Assembly (NCBI GenBank): GCA_043228905.1
Contig: JBHGNT010000006.1
Location: 1,116,001-1,180,000, forward strand
Source: Azolla caroliniana
Lineage: Eukaryota; Plantae; Polypodiophyta
DNA length: 64,000 nucleotides
Direction of reading: 5' to 3'
The notes beneath the pieces are model-generated. The model saw only the letters and a list, made by a program, of their open reading frames with translations. It was not told the DNA's origin and ran no database searches. Below, one piece after another: positions 60,889 to 64,000 of this stretch (position 1 is the first letter of the stretch; the number at the start of each line of letters is the position of its first letter). The translations under genes were made by a program, and so were the position numbers.

Positions 60889-63800
60889 CTACACTACGAC
60901 ACTCGCCCCCTCCAAACCCGCACATCCTCTGGTATGTGCCGAAGTTCTTGATTCTTCGTATCCGTCTTCATCCGAAGCTTCCTCCAATTCTCCCCTTATG
61001 TCGACTATGAGTTGTAATCCACTTTCTTCGCTTCCCGCATCATTGTGGTCTTCGTCCGATTGCTCCTCATTGTCGGCCTCGACTTGGATCACATAAGGTT
61101 TGTCGTCGGTCCGCTTCTTGAAAATCTTCACCCGCTTCCCGGCTATAGGCACTCGTAGTATTGTTCCATCCAACTCGGACAGTCGGTACGTCCCGTTGTC
61201 GAAGACCTTCCGAACCTCGTACGGCCCGAACCACCTTTTCGCGAATTTCCGCATCGTTGTATGTTGATGGTCCAAGCTACTATCATAGACGATCACCCAA
61301 TCTCCTTCTTCAATCCTCCTCGGTCGTAGTCGGTGCTTTGTGTCGAACCGGCTTTTGTTCCGGAACCGTGCTTCTTGTTGTCGGCGTGACGCTTCCGCTA
61401 CATCTTTCGGTCTTCCCTCCAGTTGTCGTATCCGGACCGCTAGTAGTTCTTCCCGGCTCATCTCTTCCTTCCACGGTAGTATTGTCCATGTCGCGATTGC
61501 GGTTTCCGTTGGCATTACCGGTGCTTGTCCGGTCATGAGTTCTGCCGGCATGTAACCGGTCACGGAGCTATGCGTCGTCCGATCCGCCCATAGTGCATAC
61601 GGAAGCATTTGTGGCCAATCCTTCACCCTTCCGTCGCATGCCTTCGCAAGTGCTTTCACGATCGGACTATGTCCTCGTTCGATCTTCCCGTTGGCCTCCG
61701 GATTGTAGGCCGTTGTCAACGTTAACCGAACTCCATGTTTGGCGAAGAATCCCCTAGCTTTGTCCGAGTCGAGTTCTCCCCGGTCCGCAATCACTTGTCC
61801 TACGCAGCCGTACCTATAAAACACTTCTTCCAAAAGAAATTGGCACACCGCGGCACACGTTTTCCTCCGAAGCGCTCGACCTTCAACTTGGTTTGTGAGA
61901 TCTTCTCGAGCTAACACCAAGTATTTCTTTTGTCCAATCCCGGTCGGCATAGCTACAATGTCGACCATCCACTTGAAGTTGATTGTCGGTGAGAATGTCG
62001 GATGCAGCTCATCTCGGTGTCGGACCCCGGAGTAGACTTGACATTTCTCGCAGCTTTCTGTGAACTCCGCGACATCTTTATACATGTTCTTCCACCAATA
62101 TCTTTGCTTGATTTTCACAAAAGTTGCCCATGTTCCTCGATGTCCAGCCCAATCGGATTCGTGGAACTCGGACATTATCCGATTTCGTTGCTCTTTCGTC
62201 CCGACTACTCGAAGTGGTATCCCATCCGGTCTTTTCGGCGTCCTCCATATTAAACCGTTTTCCAAGAAGAACTTTTGGACTTGCCTCTTCTTCCTTCGGA
62301 TCTCGGCTCTCCTTTCTTTATCATTGGTTGAATCCTCGACCTCTTGTAGCATCTTCCCGATCATCAAGGTTTCCCCCTCGTATTCTTCTTCCCGGAATTC
62401 TCGGATCACGTTCACTCGGCATATGTGTTCTGACGTGAAGTAGTCTTCGGAAACTTCTTCATTATCTGATTCGGTTATGTCGTCTTCAAACTGCGCCCTC
62501 GATAACATGTCCGCTACCGCGTTGTCCTTCCCCGAGATGTGTCGAACCTCCGGATTAAGTGACTTGACATATGCAATCCACCTTAGCATAGCCACATCCG
62601 GTATCGTACAACACCGCATCATCCCGAGTATCGGAAGACAATCCGTCTCGACCACCACTTCAGCTCCGATCAAATAATCCCGATCCGATTTTATCGCCGA
62701 CACGACTCCCCACAGTTCTCTTTTGACTTGTGCATATCCGCGTTGTCTTTCGTTGAGGACCTTTGCTCCAAATCGGATCGGATACCGCGAACCATCCGAG
62801 TCGGCTTGATTGATGACCCACCCGATACCGGTTGGACTTGTATCAACCGTTACTATGATTGGCCGCTCGTAGCTTGGCTTCTTAAGTGATTCCGCCCTCC
62901 ATAGTGTCTTCTTGAGCTTCCTCATGGCTTTAGTGTGTTCCGGTTTCCACTCGAATTTCTTACCTTTCCGCAACAAGTGATAGAGCGGGTCCGCTATATG
63001 TGCATAGTGCGGAATCCATATGTGATAGAATGCACACGCACCCAGAAACCTTCGGACTTCCGATGTTGACTCACATACTTCCTTCATAGCTTGAATCGCA
63101 TCGATCTTTGTTGGTGACGGTCTTCGGCCGTAGGGTCCACATAGATGTCCGACCACCAATATTTCTTCTTGCCCGAATGCCGATTTCTCCCCGGAAAGTG
63201 TTAGGTGCACATCTTCTAGCTTTCGCAACACTTTCTCGCAATCATGAATATGGTCGACCACGAACTTTCGGCATCCCCGATCATCCATAGTCTCATCTTT
63301 TTCTTCCACCGCGCATCCTTTCATCGGAATGTCATCTAGAAACGGCATCGTTATCTCCGGGATGCAATCTCGAAGCACCTTGTTCATCGCGTTCATCATA
63401 TGTGCAACCGAGTTTGTCGCTCCTTGTGGTAGTGTGCACATTCGAACTAGTCCTATCGGTGTCCGCATGGTAGTGATGTCTCGGCTCTCCACGGCTAGTT
63501 GGAATTGGTCATACCCCGAGTATAGGTCCCCGATGGAGTATATCGCACGTCCGGCAAAAGCTTCCGCGAATTTGTCCACTATCGGACCGACTCCCGAGTT
63601 CCGGATCGTGACCTTGTTCACCGGTTGCAAGTCTTGGATGAATCGGAGTGACCCATTCTTCTTCGGAACCGTAAACCATTGATTTGAGTACGGAGCACTT
63701 GATGGCTCTAGAATCCCCATCGCCACCTTCTCCTTGAGCAAGTCGATGACTTTCGGAATATGCGCCCGTGGCACCGGAATCGGCTTCAGGTTCCACGGTA

Positions 63801-64000
63801 CATGATCAATCGTGAAAATCACCATCGGCTCCACTATCTTTGGATCAATGCATCCGATCTCCCTCGATGTGAACGCGAATGCTTTGCCATGTTGCTCCAA
63901 CATCTCTCGAAACCGTTTTTCTTCTTCTTGTAAGAGGAACCCACCTCCACCGATCCGAAGTTTCTTCCGGGTTTCATCTGTGAAGGCATGTCCGATATCC
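60889..64000 (-). CDS. pol: Gypsy pol (RT-RNaseH-integrase, no chromodomain), 5' end outside the window
   Basis: LPQGATNS, FLDD, TVDTS (RNaseH), HHCC, ADRGE..ANGKIERG and a GPY motif; 1004+ aa open. Confidence 0.92.
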   Translation of the reverse strand, partial: DIGHAFTDETRKKLRIGGGGFLLQEEEKRFREMLEQHGKAFAFTSREIGCIDPKIVEPMVIFTIDHVPWNLKPIPVPRAHIPKVIDLLKEKVAMGILEPSSAPYSNQWFTVPKKNGSLRFIQDLQPVNKVTIRNSGVGPIVDKFAEAFAGRAIYSIGDLYSGYDQFQLAVESRDITTMRTPIGLVRMCTLPQGATNSVAHMMNAMNKVLRDCIPEITMPFLDDIPMKGCAVEEKDETMDDRGCRKFVVDHIHDCEKVLRKLEDVHLTLSGEKSAFGQEEILVVGHLCGPYGRRPSPTKIDAIQAMKEVCESTSEVRRFLGACAFYHIWIPHYAHIADPLYHLLRKGKKFEWKPEHTKAMRKLKKTLWRAESLKKPSYERPIIVTVDTSPTGIGWVINQADSDGSRYPIRFGAKVLNERQRGYAQVKRELWGVVSAIKSDRDYLIGAEVVVETDCLPILGMMRCCTIPDVAMLRWIAYVKSLNPEVRHISGKDNAVADMLSRAQFEDDITESDNEEVSEDYFTSEHICRVNVIREFREEEYEGETLMIGKMLQEVEDSTNDKERRAEIRRKKRQVQKFFLENGLIWRTPKRPDGIPLRVVGTKEQRNRIMSEFHESDWAGHRGTWATFVKIKQRYWWKNMYKDVAEFTESCEKCQVYSGVRHRDELHPTFSPTINFKWMVDIVAMPTGIGQKKYLVLAREDLTNQVEGRALRRKTCAAVCQFLLEEVFYRYGCVGQVIADRGELDSDKARGFFAKHGVRLTLTTAYNPEANGKIERGHSPIVKALAKACDGRVKDWPQMLPYALWADRTTHSSVTGYMPAELMTGQAPVMPTETAIATWTILPWKEEMSREELLAVRIRQLEGRPKDVAEASRRQQEARFRNKSRFDTKHRLRPRRIEEGDWVIVYDSSLDHQHTTMRKFAKRWFGPYEVRKVFDNGTYRLSELDGTILRVPIAGKRVKIFKKRTDDKPYVIQVEADNEEQSDEDHNDAGSEESGLQLIVDIRGELEEASDEDGYEESRTSAHTRGCAGLEGASVVV

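Larger units (their letters stand above)
60106..64000 (-). mobile_element. Non-chromoviral Ty3/Gypsy element E (3' LTR 60106-60901), running off the right edge
   Basis: LTR termini TGTCGT...ACGACA and PPT GGAGGGGGCGAG at 60902-60913. It interrupts the element C RT just upstream of [10 protein letters not shown]. Confidence 0.9.

Overview
This is eukaryotic nuclear DNA from a land plant, probably a seed-free one such as a fern or lycophyte. That is inferred from the Tcn1-type chromoviruses and the intron-containing plant genes. There are three intact host genes: a cytosolic alkaline/neutral invertase (19174-21782, +, 4 exons), a GH17 beta-1,3-glucanase with an X8 domain (37323-39777, +) and an ACT-domain-repeat (ACR) protein (41570-43844, -, 7 coding exons). 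They lie between two nests of LTR retrotransposons (1-8200 and 49100-64000). A very young, intact chromovirus sits at 24514-30200, and a tandem array of decayed tRNA-Leu(CAA) genes at 47.9-49.1 kb. The most striking unexplained pattern is in the LTRs. Five distinct Gypsy-type LTR families each carry a tRNA-like Pol III A-box/B-box module at tRNA spacing in U3, antisense to the element and pointing out of it. In the chromovirus-type LTRs the full layout is tRNA-like module, heat-shock-element array, TATA, then a Tf1-style self-primer complementary to the PBS. One copy preserves a fold-back junction that looks like a fossil of self-priming. All coordinates were read by eye, and no alignments, folding or database searches were run.
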